This document shows, one piece after another, positions 32,333 to 43,500 of a stretch of DNA of 64,000 bases. The stretch is from positions 133 through 64,132 of the forward strand of contig UROX01000001.1 in assembly GCA_900549685.1 (NCBI GenBank), read 5' to 3'. Both the position numbers and the translations under genes were made by a program. Source of the DNA: an uncultured Alistipes sp. (GTDB taxonomy: Bacteria > Bacteroidota > Bacteroidia > Bacteroidales > Rikenellaceae). The stretch's first letter is position 1. Each line of letters begins with the position of its first letter. The notes below the pieces were generated by a model. It saw nothing but the letters and a program-made list of their open reading frames with translations. It was not told the origin of the DNA and made no database searches.

Positions 32333-33295
32333 CTACAATTTTTCGTCGATCAGGTAACGGTTCCGGTCTCCGGAGTTGCGACCGATGAGTTCGCCCAGGA
32401 ATCCGGCCAGAAACAACTGCACGCCGATCACGACGGCCGCCATGGCGATGTAAAACAACGGCTGGTCGGTCACACCGCGCAAAGGCAGGGCATGGGTCTG
32501 CTTGTAGAGTTTTTCGGCGATGAGGTAGACCGCCGTACCGCCCCCGACCAGAAACATCAGCGTGCCGAGTCCTCCGAAAAAGTACATCGGACTCTTGCCG
32601 AAACGGGACATGAACATGACGGTGATCAGGTCCAGATAACCTTTTATCATCCGCTCCCAGCCGAATTTCGACACGCCGTACTTCCGTGCCCTGTGATGGA
32701 CGACCTTCTCTCCGATCTTGCCGAATCCGGCCCATTTGGCCAGAATGGGAATATACCGGTGCATCTCGCCGTACACCTCGACGCTTTTGACTACCTTGAG
32801 CCGGTAGGCTTTCAGCCCGCAATTGAAGTCATGGAGCCGGATGCCCGAGACCAAACGGGCCGTCGCGTTGAAAAAGCGGCTCGGAAGCGTCTTGCCGAGC
32901 GGATCGTGGCGTTTCTTTTTCCATCCGCTCACCAGATCGTACCCCTCTTCGGCAATCATCCGGTAGAGTTCGGGAATTTCGTCCGGCGAGTCCTGCAGGT
33001 CGGCGTCCATCGTGATGACCACCTCGCCGCGGGCAGCCTCGAAACCGCAGTAAAGCGCGGCCGATTTGCCGTAATTGCGACGGAAACGGATGCCCCGGAT
33101 GTGGGGATTCTCTTTTTGCAGGTCACAGACCACTCGCCACGAGGCGTCGCGGCTGCCGTCGTCCACGAAAATCACTTCGTAGTCGAAGCCGTGGGTCTCC
33201 ATGACCCGGCCGATCCACGCCGTCAGTTCGGGCAGCGATTCCTCTTCGTTGTACAGCGGAACGACAACGGATATGTTGGGTATGTTTTCTGACAT
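32333..33295 (-). CDS. Glycosyltransferase family 2 (ArnC/DPM1-like)
   Basis: SVVVPLYNEE, VDDGS, NYGKSAA, MDADLQD, HDFNCG, C-terminal TM helices. Confidence 0.92.
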   Translation of the reverse strand: MSENIPNISVVVPLYNEEESLPELTAWIGRVMETHGFDYEVIFVDDGSRDASWRVVCDLQKENPHIRGIRFRRNYGKSAALYCGFEAARGEVVITMDADLQDSPDEIPELYRMIAEEGYDLVSGWKKKRHDPLGKTLPSRFFNATARLVSGIRLHDFNCGLKAYRLKVVKSVEVYGEMHRYIPILAKWAGFGKIGEKVVHHRARKYGVSKFGWERMIKGYLDLITVMFMSRFGKSPMYFFGGLGTLMFLVGGGTAVYLIAEKLYKQTHALPLRGVTDQPLFYIAMAAVVIGVQLFLAGFLGELIGRNSGDRNRYLIDEKL

Positions 33296-33305
33296 CGTTT
33301 CGGTT

Positions 33306-33866
33306 TTACAGGGATTCGGACGAATCGCGGTCGGCAGCGAAAGGATCGGCGGGACGTTTGGCGAAGAACGATACGATGAGTCCGATCAGACCGCCGTAGA
33401 TCACCATACCGAAAATTCCGCCGAGCACGACGACGATCGGATTCTTCATCATGCTCATCGTCAGCTTTCCGGCCGCCCGCACTTCGCGTTCGCTCATTCC
33501 GTTTTCAGCCAGTGTGGCTACCGTCAGGTCCATCTGGTCCTGAAAGCCCTGCGGATCGAGCCAGTTAATGAGAACAAACTGACCCAACCCGGCCAGCACG
33601 CCGGCGAAAAGCGATATGCGGAGCATCAGCAGATAGCACCTCCCGAAAGAGAAGCCTTCGCTCCCGCTCAGAACCGCCGCCCGACGGGCATAAAAATAGA
33701 GAAAGCCCGCGATGGCGAAAAAGCAGAGGGCATTGCACAGCGACGCCACGCCGGAGACCGATTTGCCGAAATGGGCGGCCAGAGAGAGCGCCGCATAGAC
33801 CAGTCCCAGATAGAGACCGCCCGTGGCCGCTTCGCGCCAAAGCGTTTTGTTCAGATTCTGTTCCAT
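33306..33866 (-). CDS. DUF4199 family membrane protein
   Basis: Four TM helices, FSFGR; directly upstream of a GT2 as is usual in Bacteroidales. Confidence 0.7.
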   Translation of the reverse strand: MEQNLNKTLWREAATGGLYLGLVYAALSLAAHFGKSVSGVASLCNALCFFAIAGFLYFYARRAAVLSGSEGFSFGRCYLLMLRISLFAGVLAGLGQFVLINWLDPQGFQDQMDLTVATLAENGMSEREVRAAGKLTMSMMKNPIVVVLGGIFGMVIYGGLIGLIVSFFAKRPADPFAADRDSSESL

Positions 33867-33901
33867 ATTTATCTTTCTTTTTATCCTTTCCTCCGAAAAA
33901 A

Positions 33902-34504
33902 TCAGGCCAGTTCGCCGGCACCTTCCCTCAATATGCGGATGTCGCTTTCGTCCGTACAGTCCACGACCGTCGAAGGCGTCCGGGTGCCGTAACCGCCGTC
34001 GATCACGGCATCGACCCGCAAACCGTAGCGCTCTTCGATGAGCGAAGGATCGGTCGTATATTCCTCCTCGTCCGAATCCTTGACCGACGCCGTCACCAGC
34101 GGACACCCCAAGGCCTCGACCAGCGCGACGGGAACCGCATGGGCGGGAATACGCACCCCTACGGTCTTACGCTTCTCCAGAAATTTGTCGGGCACCTTGC
34201 CCGATGCGTTCAGGACGAAAGTGAACGGTCCCGGCAGGTTTCTTCTCAACAATTTGAAAACGGCATTGCTCACCCTGGCGTAAACGGACACTGTGCTCAG
34301 ATCGGGACATACGATCGTGAAATCGTTCCCCTGACGACCGCTCAACACCCGAATTCTCTCGATGGCCTTCGCGCTCCGGATCGAACATCCGAACGCATAC
34401 ACGCCATCGGTCGGATAGACGATCACGCCGTCGCGGCGCAATATATCCACGACCCGGGCGACAGCTTTTTCGTCGGGGTTTTTCGGATAGATTCTAATCA
34501 TCAT
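33902..34504 (-). CDS. Sua5/YciO/YrdC family (threonylcarbamoyl-AMP synthase-like)
   Basis: IVYPTDGVYAFGC, LPGPFT, VGVRIP, PSTVVD, ILREGAG. Confidence 0.9.
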   Translation of the reverse strand: MMIRIYPKNPDEKAVARVVDILRRDGVIVYPTDGVYAFGCSIRSAKAIERIRVLSGRQGNDFTIVCPDLSTVSVYARVSNAVFKLLRRNLPGPFTFVLNASGKVPDKFLEKRKTVGVRIPAHAVPVALVEALGCPLVTASVKDSDEEEYTTDPSLIEERYGLRVDAVIDGGYGTRTPSTVVDCTDESDIRILREGAGELA

Positions 34505-34546
34505 AACCCTCGGTGTTTGGCGCTAAACAGGCTGAAAATAAAAAAA

Positions 34547-34642
34547 GGGTAAGCTACTTATATCGCACCGCTACAACCGCCTACCCTTGCTGTCTTCCGA
34601 CCCTGGGGGATTCAGCAGGAGCTGGTCGTATAAGACTTACCC
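34547..34642 (-). ncRNA. ffs: Signal recognition particle RNA (4.5S)
   Basis: Minus strand GGGTAAG...GAATCCCCCAGGGTCGGAAGACAGCAAGGG...CTTACCC: helix-8 CAGG/GGAA/AGCA motif, paired ends, 3' T-run; -7 box TAATTTTG at 34647-34654. Confidence 0.9.
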
Positions 34643-34692
34643 GACACAAAATTACTCAAATTCGTTATATTTGCAAAAATATTTTTCGGGAA

Positions 34693-35709
34693 ATGAAACG
34701 CGGATGGATTCGGTATGCGGCAGTAGCTCTGTCGGCGATCGTCGTGGCGGGCGGTTATGCCGCTTTTCGATATTATCGTTCGACGGCGGTCGTTCGCGAC
34801 GGGGTCGTGCTCGTGCCTACGGGCAGCGACTTCGGTCGGTTGTGCGACTCGCTCTCGGCGAGCGGACTGCTCGGCAGCGAGAAAAAATTCGAGCGACTGG
34901 CCCGGGTCCGCAAACTGGACCGGTCCGTGCGCCCCGGACGTTACGCGCTGAAAGCGGGCACGACCTACGGCGAACTCATCGACCGGCTCCGGGCCGGCCT
35001 GCAATCGCCCGTCCGGGTGACGTTCAACAACGTGCGGACGCTCGACCGGCTCGCAGGCAGCGTTTCGCGCCGCATAGAACCCGACTCGGCCGCCCTGGCC
35101 GAAAAGCTGACCGATCCGGCGACGGCTGCGCATTACGGGTACACGCCGCAGACTTTCATGGCGATGTTCGTGCCCGACACCTACGAAATGTACTGGAACT
35201 GTTCGGCCGAAGACTTTCTCGACCGGATGAAAAAGGAATCGGACCGTTTCTGGAAAGATCGCGAGGCGAAACTCGCCCGCAGCGGCCTCTCGCGCGAAGA
35301 GGCCGTCACACTGGCCTCTATCGTCTACGAAGAGACCAAGAAAAAGGGAGAAATGCCCCGGGTGGCGGGCGTGTACATCAATCGGCTCCGACGCGGCATG
35401 CCGTTACAGGCCGATCCGACGGTCAAGTTCGCCCTGGGCGACTTTTCCATCCGCCGCGTGCTGTTCTCTCATCTCGAAGTCGATTCGCCGTACAACACCT
35501 ACAAACATGCCGGACTGCCGCCCGGACCGATCTGCATGCCGTCGATTGCCGCCATCGATGCCGTGCTCGATTTCGAGGAACACGACTATCTCTATTTCTG
35601 CGCCAAAGACGACTTGTCGGGCGCCCATACGTTCGCTCGTACGCTCTCCGAGCACAATCGCAATGCGCAGGCCTACGCCCGGGCGCTGAACCGGCGGGGC
35701 ATCCGCTGA
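34693..35709 (+). CDS. mltG: Endolytic transglycosylase MltG
   Basis: N-terminal TM; LASIVYEE, VAGVYINRL, LQADPT, SPYNTY, GLPPGPI, YLYFCA; -7 box TATATTTG at 34666-34673. Confidence 0.94.
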   Translation: MKRGWIRYAAVALSAIVVAGGYAAFRYYRSTAVVRDGVVLVPTGSDFGRLCDSLSASGLLGSEKKFERLARVRKLDRSVRPGRYALKAGTTYGELIDRLRAGLQSPVRVTFNNVRTLDRLAGSVSRRIEPDSAALAEKLTDPATAAHYGYTPQTFMAMFVPDTYEMYWNCSAEDFLDRMKKESDRFWKDREAKLARSGLSREEAVTLASIVYEETKKKGEMPRVAGVYINRLRRGMPLQADPTVKFALGDFSIRRVLFSHLEVDSPYNTYKHAGLPPGPICMPSIAAIDAVLDFEEHDYLYFCAKDDLSGAHTFARTLSEHNRNAQAYARALNRRGIR

Positions 35710-35931
35710 CGGACTCGGCCGGAAAATCCTGCCTTCGCGACAAGGCGGAAAACGAAAGACGATTCCGTCGCAAGCGTTTTTCGGCCCAAACGGTTCCGTA
35801 CTCTCGGTATATACCTCACAACGAAACGGCTGGCGTCGGCTGCTTCCGCGACCCGTCGCGGCGGCACGATGCTCACTCCGCGGCAAGGCCGAAGATAACC
35901 GGCGCAGGTTCCTGCGGCCGAAAAAGACCGG

Positions 35932-36564
35932 CTACCGGAAATCGATGATCTCGACTCCCTTGTATTTGCTCTTGTCGAACGTGAATGTGGCGGACGAGAC
36001 GGGAACGTCCGGTCTGAATTTCAGAATTTCGATTTCGATCGTATCGTCGCCCTCCATACGGTAGCTGACCGCCACGGGCAGTCCGGTCGCCGGGTCGATA
36101 TCGAGCAGAATCGAGCGGAAGCCGGCGCCGCGGTTTTTCGGCGTCAGTTCCACACGTTCGGCTTTGCGTCCAGATGCTGTAACCGTCCCTTTGTAGGAAG
36201 ATTCGAAATCGCCGCTCCCGAGCCGGAAAAAACGGGGCGGGTTGGCCAGCAGCGACGGATCGTTCGGGTCGGGCGCTTCGAGCGTCGCCTCGTTATCGTC
36301 GCTGCGGTACGTATAGAGCAGTTTGCCGTTGCAGAAAAGCTCCGAATCGTTCACGTTCACATAGTAACGGTCGCCGCTGACAACGATCCGCCCCTGCACG
36401 TCGTCGAACTGATCGGGCATGGAGGCCGTGAACGTCACCTCGTAGGACTTGTAGGAAGCTATTTTCTGCGCCAGATCGGCGACCAGCGATTTCGACCTGT
36501 CGTCGGCCCGGCCCGCCAGGCATAGCAGACTGCACAGGACGGCGAGTAAGATTCTGTTTGTCAT
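35932..36564 (-). CDS. LolA-like outer-membrane lipoprotein carrier protein
   Basis: Signal peptide; GDRYY, CNGK..YTY, NP, ELTPK, FTFD..KY...EIIDFR; downstream of ftsK. Confidence 0.8.
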   Translation of the reverse strand: MTNRILLAVLCSLLCLAGRADDRSKSLVADLAQKIASYKSYEVTFTASMPDQFDDVQGRIVVSGDRYYVNVNDSELFCNGKLLYTYRSDDNEATLEAPDPNDPSLLANPPRFFRLGSGDFESSYKGTVTASGRKAERVELTPKNRGAGFRSILLDIDPATGLPVAVSYRMEGDDTIEIEILKFRPDVPVSSATFTFDKSKYKGVEIIDFR

Positions 36565-36844
36565 TCGAATTCAGGCTTAGTTTCCACAACTATAACGCAA
36601 AAGGCGTGTTTTTATTGAGCCGGCAGCAAAAAGGCTCCGAGAAACGATTCCGCCATGGCATTCGCAGGCTTCAATGCTCCGGAATTTTCTGCGCACTTCG
36701 ACCCCGGCCACCGTCGTCCGCGCCCCTCAGACCACATATTCCGTTTCGATTTCGATCCTCCCCTTCAATACAGAGCAGACCCGAAAACACGGCAGCGATG
36801 CATACCGGCACACTGGAACATACGGCCGCACCCCTTTCCCCGGG

Positions 36845-39718
36845 TTACAGATCGTCGAGCGAGGAGAGTACTTTCTCCAGCGAAAGCATATCCTGAAGCA
36901 GCACCTCGCGGGGTTTGCTGCCCTCGGCCTTGCCGACCACGCCGGCCATTTCGAGCTGGTCCATGATGCGTCCCGCCCGGTTGTAACCGATCGAGAAACG
37001 GCGCTGGATGGACGAGGTGGAACCCTGCTGGTTCTGCACGACGAAACGGGCCACCTCCTCGAACATCGAATCGAGCTGCGACAGATCGCTCGTCTTGCTG
37101 CCTCCGCCCGCGTCCCCTGAGCCTTCGGGCGTATATTCGGGCAATTCATAGGCTCCGGTATAGCCGCGCTGGTTGGCGATAAATTCGGTGATGCGTTCGA
37201 TTTCGGGCGTATCGACGAAGGCGCACTGTACCCGGATCAGATCGCTGCCCGTCGAGACGAGCATGTCGCCCCGGCCGATGAGCTGGTTGGCGCCCGGCTG
37301 GTCGATGATGGTCCGCGAATCGACCATCGACGTCACGCGGAACGCGATCCGAGCCGGGAAGTTGGCTTTGATGACCCCCGTGATGATGTTGGTCGTGGGT
37401 CGCTGCGTAGCGATCACCAGATGGATACCCACGGCCCGCGCCAGCTGGGCGATCCGGGCAATCGGGGTCTCGATCTCGCGTCCGGCCGTCATAATCAGGT
37501 CGGCGAACTCGTCGATGATGACGACGATATAGGGCAGGAAACGGTGTCCCTTCTGCGGGTTGAGTTTGCGGTGGATGAACTTGTCGTTGTACTCGGTGAT
37601 CTTGCGCACTTCGGCTGCCCGAAGCAGGTTGTAGCGGGCATCCATCTCGATACAGATCGAGTTGAGCGTATAGATCACCTTATGCGTGTCGGTGATGATC
37701 GCGTCGTCCTCGCCGGGCATCTTGGCCAGAAAATGACGTTCGAGCTTCGAATAGAGCGTCAGCTCCACCTTCTTCGGATCGACGAGCACCAGTTTGAGTT
37801 CCGAAGGGTGTTTCTTATAGAGCATCGAGGCGATGATCGCGTTGAGTCCGACGGACTTGCCCTGGCCCGTAGCCCCGGCCACGAGCAGGTGGGGCATCTT
37901 GGCCAGATCGATCACGAACGTCTCGTCCTGAATGGTTTTGCCCAGCACGACGGGGATGTCGTATTTCGATTCCTGGAACTTGACGGACTTGATGACCGAA
38001 TACATCGAAACGATTTTCTTGTCCTTGTTGGGCACTTCAATCCCGATGGTCCCCTTGCCGGGAATCGGAGCGATGATACGGATGCCGAGCGCCGAAAGGC
38101 TCTGGGCGATGTCGTCTTCGAGGTTCTTGATTTTCGAAATGCGGACGCCGGGCGCCTGTACGATTTCGTAGAGCGTGACCGTCGGACCGATCGTCGCCTT
38201 GATCTTGTCGATCTTGATGCCGAAATTCTCGAGCGTCTCCTTGATCCGGTTCTTGTTCTCGACGATCTCTTCGCTCGTGACGCTCACCTCGACGCTGTGG
38301 TCTTCGAGCAGCTCGACCGGCGGACGCTGGTAGGAAGAAAGGTCGAGCGTCGGATCGTAGAGCGTATTTTCGATTTCGTCTTCCGTAAGCGTCTTGTCCT
38401 CGGGAAGCCGCTCCACGGTCATATCCTGCTGCGACTCGATGTCGGCATCGCCCGGCACGCGGGCCACGAAAGCGTCTTCGGTCGGAACGGTACTCTCCTC
38501 CGTCCCGGGCAAATTCTCGCCGGAAACGGTTCCGACAGACGGACCGACGACGGAAACGGAAGATGTAGGCACCGGATCGGCAACCCTGTGCGTAAGGTCC
38601 GGTTCCGGAATATCGCGGGATGGAAGAATCGGCAGCGGAGCGGCAGGTGCCACAGGTGCGGCAGGCGTCTCGGCCGGAACCGGTTCTTCGTCGCCCCGGG
38701 CATATTGGATCATAAATCCGTCCTCGTCGGTCTCCTGCCGGGGCGGTTCCTCGGCATTGAGGTCCGTGACGATGAAACCCGCCTCGTCGGTCTCGCTCCG
38801 GCCTTTGCGACGCTCCTCGGATTCGGACGCACGGGGAACGGGACGCGCCACACGTCCCGAATGATCGACGACGACGAAACCTTCGTCATCGATCAATTCG
38901 CCCGGATAGAAAGGCGTATCGTCGGTCCGGTCCGAAGCGGTCCGAACCTCGAAGACATCGTCCTCATCCCGGGCGGCATCGTTCCTACGCCAGGAAGCGG
39001 GAACGGCGGGAGCCACCGCTGCCGGCACACCTTTTTTCGGGATGTCCTTAGACTCGTGCGCCATGATGCCTGCCGCAGTGGCAGACACCGCCTCGCCCAT
39101 TTTCTTGCCGTTATCGACGATGCCGCGGCCCATTCGGTTGAGCATCGAAATCGTATTGCGGTTGATATAGATCGCATACAGCACGATCGAAAGGAGCAGC
39201 AACAGTCCCGTACCGATCTTGCCCAGCACGGACGTCAGCCAGCGGGCGACCAGAATGCCCCATTCGCCTCCCAGTCCGGAACCGAAGACCTCCCAATGGT
39301 CTCCGAAAAGAAATCCCAGCGAGAGCGATCCCAAAATCATAAGAATCAACGTCAGCCGAACCGCCTTACGCAACCGGGCAGGCCGAAAGCGCATGATGCG
39401 GAGCGAAAGAATAACCAGCACGACGGGAATGCACAGGCCGAACAGCCCGAACCATCCGCCCACGATATTGTTCGCCAGAACGGCGCCCAATTTTCCGCCC
39501 CAGTTGCCGACTTCCTGCTCGCCGTGCGAGAAGATCCGGCTCCACAGGGCCACGTTCTGGTCGTCGCGCCAATAGATGAAAAAGGAGACGACCGACACGA
39601 GCACGAACAACGCGAAAAACAGCAGCGCAAATCCGTAGATCCACCGCTGCGTTTCGCTGAGTCCCTTGACGGGCGGTTGCGCGGCGCCTTGTGCCGCCGT
39701 TTTCTTTTTCGTTGCCAT
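36845..39718 (-). CDS. ftsK: DNA translocase FtsK
   Basis: N-terminal TM domain, acidic/Pro linker, HLLVAGATGQGKS, DEFADL, ATQRP, gamma domain QRRFSIGYNRAGRIMD. Confidence 0.97.
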   Translation of the reverse strand: MATKKKTAAQGAAQPPVKGLSETQRWIYGFALLFFALFVLVSVVSFFIYWRDDQNVALWSRIFSHGEQEVGNWGGKLGAVLANNIVGGWFGLFGLCIPVVLVILSLRIMRFRPARLRKAVRLTLILMILGSLSLGFLFGDHWEVFGSGLGGEWGILVARWLTSVLGKIGTGLLLLLSIVLYAIYINRNTISMLNRMGRGIVDNGKKMGEAVSATAAGIMAHESKDIPKKGVPAAVAPAVPASWRRNDAARDEDDVFEVRTASDRTDDTPFYPGELIDDEGFVVVDHSGRVARPVPRASESEERRKGRSETDEAGFIVTDLNAEEPPRQETDEDGFMIQYARGDEEPVPAETPAAPVAPAAPLPILPSRDIPEPDLTHRVADPVPTSSVSVVGPSVGTVSGENLPGTEESTVPTEDAFVARVPGDADIESQQDMTVERLPEDKTLTEDEIENTLYDPTLDLSSYQRPPVELLEDHSVEVSVTSEEIVENKNRIKETLENFGIKIDKIKATIGPTVTLYEIVQAPGVRISKIKNLEDDIAQSLSALGIRIIAPIPGKGTIGIEVPNKDKKIVSMYSVIKSVKFQESKYDIPVVLGKTIQDETFVIDLAKMPHLLVAGATGQGKSVGLNAIIASMLYKKHPSELKLVLVDPKKVELTLYSKLERHFLAKMPGEDDAIITDTHKVIYTLNSICIEMDARYNLLRAAEVRKITEYNDKFIHRKLNPQKGHRFLPYIVVIIDEFADLIMTAGREIETPIARIAQLARAVGIHLVIATQRPTTNIITGVIKANFPARIAFRVTSMVDSRTIIDQPGANQLIGRGDMLVSTGSDLIRVQCAFVDTPEIERITEFIANQRGYTGAYELPEYTPEGSGDAGGGSKTSDLSQLDSMFEEVARFVVQNQQGSTSSIQRRFSIGYNRAGRIMDQLEMAGVVGKAEGSKPREVLLQDMLSLEKVLSSLDDL

Positions 39719-39787
39719 TCGTTTACCTTGCTCCTTGTATCCCTTTTCTCGTTCGTCGTTCTATAACGTCCCGGCAGCACGGAACCG

Positions 39788-40573
39788 CTATCCGAAATCC
39801 GCCGTCGCGGCCTCGTCGCTTTTGGCGATCAACTTATTCAGATACGCCTCGTCGGCGCTGGACATGAACTCGTACCGCGGCTTGCGGTCTGTCTCCGAGG
39901 CGAGTCCCAACTCATGGAGCAGCGTCTCGGTATGCCGCTCGACGGCGGCGGCGGGATTGACCAGTTCGATGTCCCGGTCGCCGATCACCCGCCGCATCGC
40001 AGCAACGAGGAACGGATAGTGCGTACATCCGAGGACGATGCGGTCCGCTCCGGCCTCGATCATCGGTTCGAGCTGCCGCCGGACCGTCTCCAGCGCCTCT
40101 TCGCTGTCCTCCCTATTGCTTTCGACCAGTTCGACGAAACCTTCGCCGACCCGGGAGAGAATCCGTACCCGGTCGGCATATCGCTGCGAGGTTTTGCGGA
40201 ACAGACGTCCTTTCAGCGTCGCGGCCGTAGCCAGAATACCGATCACCCCGCTGCGCGAGGAGAGCGCCGCCGGCTTGACGGCAGGCTCCAACCCCACGAA
40301 CGGAATCGGGTAGGTCGCACGCAGGTGGTCGATCGTCATGGCCGTCGCCGCATTGCAGGCCACGACGATCAGTTTCACGCCCCGGCCGAGCAATCGCCGT
40401 ACGGCGAAATCGACATGTTCCCGAACCTCTTCGGGACTTTTGTCGCCGTAGGGGCAATTCTTTCCGTCACCGTAATAGATCAACGATTCGGCAGGCAGCT
40501 TCCGGCGCAGTTCGCTCCAGACGGTCAGCCCTCCGAGGCCCGAATCGAATACTCCTATCGGCGCGTCGTTCAT
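39788..40573 (-). CDS. murI: Glutamate racemase
   Basis: IGVFDSGLGGL, PYG, VACNAA, LGCTHYP; start at MNDAPI. Confidence 0.95.
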   Translation of the reverse strand: MNDAPIGVFDSGLGGLTVWSELRRKLPAESLIYYGDGKNCPYGDKSPEEVREHVDFAVRRLLGRGVKLIVVACNAATAMTIDHLRATYPIPFVGLEPAVKPAALSSRSGVIGILATAATLKGRLFRKTSQRYADRVRILSRVGEGFVELVESNREDSEEALETVRRQLEPMIEAGADRIVLGCTHYPFLVAAMRRVIGDRDIELVNPAAAVERHTETLLHELGLASETDRKPRYEFMSSADEAYLNKLIAKSDEAATADFG

Positions 40574-40584
40574 ATCGTTACGTT

Positions 40585-43500
40585 TTACTTCTGCGTTTTG
40601 CTTTCGATCCAGCGACGCGCGTTCACGAAGGCTTCGATCCACGGAGTGACTTCGTCCGCGGTGCGGTCTTCGGGATAGTAGGCCCAGTTCCACGGACGCA
40701 GCGAGCGTTCGAGGTGAGGCATGATCGCCAGATGACGTCCGTCTTCCGAACAGATCGCCGCCGCGTTGTAATCGCTGCCGTTGGGGTTGGCCGGATACTC
40801 GCCGTACAGATAACGGACGGGAATATGATAGCGGCTTTCCTCGTAGGGCAGGCTGAACTTGCCTTCGCCGTGAGCGACCCAGATACCGAGCTTGCAGCCC
40901 GACAGCGACGAGAGCATCACCGAGCGGTTCTCCTCGATGGTTACGCCGACGAACGTCGATTCGAACTTATGGCTGTCGTTATGCAGCATGCGGGGTTTCT
41001 GTTCGTGGTCGGGCGTGATGAGTCCCAGTTCCACCATCAGCTGGCAACCGTTGCAGACGCCCAGCGACAGCGTGTCGGGACGGGCGAAGAAGCGGTCGAG
41101 CGCCTGCTTGGCTTTCTCGTTGTAGAGGAACGCTCCGGCCCATCCTTTGGCCGACCCCAGCACGTCGGAGTTCGAGAAACCGCCGGGGAAGACCACCATG
41201 TTCACGTCTTCGAGCGTCTCGCGGCCCGAGATCAGGTCGGTCATGTGCACGTCCTTGACATCCATACCGGCAAGATACATGCACCATGCCATTTCGCGGT
41301 CGCTGTTGATCCCTTTTTCGCGGATGATGGCCGCCCGGATGCCCGTCGGCTTGCGTCGGCTGGCTTCCAGCCCCCACTGCGACAGCTTGCCCGTGAAGTT
41401 TTCGGGGAAACGGTACTGCAATTCCTGTTTCTTATAGTTGGCGAAACGCTCCGAGGCTTTCTGCGGGCCGCTCTGCCGACGATCGAGCAGGTAGGAGGTT
41501 TTGAACCACGTATCGCGCAGATCGTCGATCAGCAGCTTCATCTCCAGTCCGTTGTGGGTAAACACAAAGCGGCGGTCAGTGTTCGTATCGCCGATCACGT
41601 AGGCATCGACCCCGGCGAACTTGAGGTCCTGGCAGACCTGTACGCCGTCTTCGACCTGAAGCACGAGGGCCGGTTTTTCGCTGAAGAGCACCTTCACGGT
41701 GTCGCTCTCGCCCAACGCCGCGAAGCTGAGATCCATACCGCTGCAATTGTCGGCGAAGGTCATTTCGAGCAGGGCCGTGATGAGACCGCCGGCCGAGACG
41801 TCGTGTCCGGCCAACACCTTGCCCTCGCGCACGAGCGTCTGCACGGCGGCGAAAGCACGGGCGAAATAGTCGGCCGACTCGACGACGGGCACGTCCGATC
41901 CGACGCTGCCCACGCTCTGGGCGAAGCTGCTGCCGCCCAATGCGAACGGACTACGGCTCATATCGACATAGACGAGCTGGCTCGGACGGTGTTTCAGCGC
42001 GGGCGACACCGCACCTCTGACATCGGACACTTCGGCCGCGGAGGTGATGATGACCGTTCCCGGCGCGTAAACCAGTTCGCCGTCCTTGTATTTCTGCGTC
42101 ATCGACAGCGAGTCCTTGCCCGTGGGAATATTGATGCCCAATGCCACGGCATAGTCGCTGGCGGCCTGCACGGCGGCATAGAGCCGTGCGTCCTCGCCCT
42201 CGTTCTTGCAGGGCCACATCCAGTTGGCACTGAGCGAGACGGAACCCAGTCCGCCGTCGATCGGAGCCAGCACGATGTTGGTCAGCGACTCGGTGATGGC
42301 CAGTACCGATCCTTTGGCAGGATCAGCCAGCGCGGCGGCGGGAGCATGGCCCAGCGCCGTGGCGATACCGTGCCGGCCCTGATAGTCCAGCGCCACGACG
42401 GCACAGTCGTTGAGCGGAAGCTGGATGCTGCCGGCGGTCTGCTGCATGGCGACTCGGCCTGTCACCGAGCGGTCCACTTTGTTGGTCAGCCAGTCCTTGC
42501 AGGCCACGGCTTCGATCTGGAGCACATTCTCGATGTATTTCATCAGGTTACCCGCACTATATTGCGGTTCGGCGAACGTCTCTGCGACCGTATGGTCGGT
42601 GAGCACCGTGCGCGGCGCCTTGCCGAACATGTCTTCGAGTTTGAGGTCGATGGGTTTCTCGCCCGTCTTGTTATCGACGAACGTGAACTGCATGTCGCCC
42701 GTAGCCTCGCCGATCTCGTAGAACGGAGCGCGTTCGCGTTCGGCGATGCGGCGCAGCTTATCGACATTCTCCTGTTTGACGACGAGTCCCATGCGTTCCT
42801 GCGACTCGTTGCCGACGATTTCCTTGGCGCTGAGGGTCGGATCGCCGATCGGGAGACGGTCCATGTCAATGCGGCCGCCGGTGGCTTCCACCAGCTCGCT
42901 CAGGCAGTTCAGATGGCCGCCCGCACCGTGGTCGTGGATCGAGATGATCGGATTGATCGCCTCCTCGGAAATGGCCCGGATCGCGTTGTAGGCTCTCTTC
43001 TGCATTTCGGGATTCGACCGCTGCACGGCGTTCAGCTCGATGGCTCCGGCATATTCGCCGGTAGCGACCGACGACACGGCACCGCCGCCCATACCGATGC
43101 GATAGTTGTCGCCCCCGAGCAGCACGACCTTGTCGCCGGCTTCGGGTTCGTCCTTGAGGCTGTCCTGCTTGCGGCCGTAGCCGATACCGCCGGCCTGCAT
43201 GATGACCTTGTCGAAGCCGTATTTCTTACCGTTCTCGAAATGTTCGAACGTCTGGAGACTGCCGCAGATGAGCGGCTGGCCGAACTTGTTGCCGAAGTCC
43301 GAAGCGCCGTTCGACGCCTTGATGAGGATGTCCTCGGGCGTCTGGTAAAGCCACTGGCGCGGCTCGGTGTGCTTTTCCCACTCGCGGCCGCCGTCCAGAC
43401 GCGGATAGGCGGTCATGTACACGGCCGTACCCGCCACGGGGAACGCACCCTTGCCGCCCGCGATACGGTCGCGGATCTCGCCGCCGGTACCGGTAGCCGC

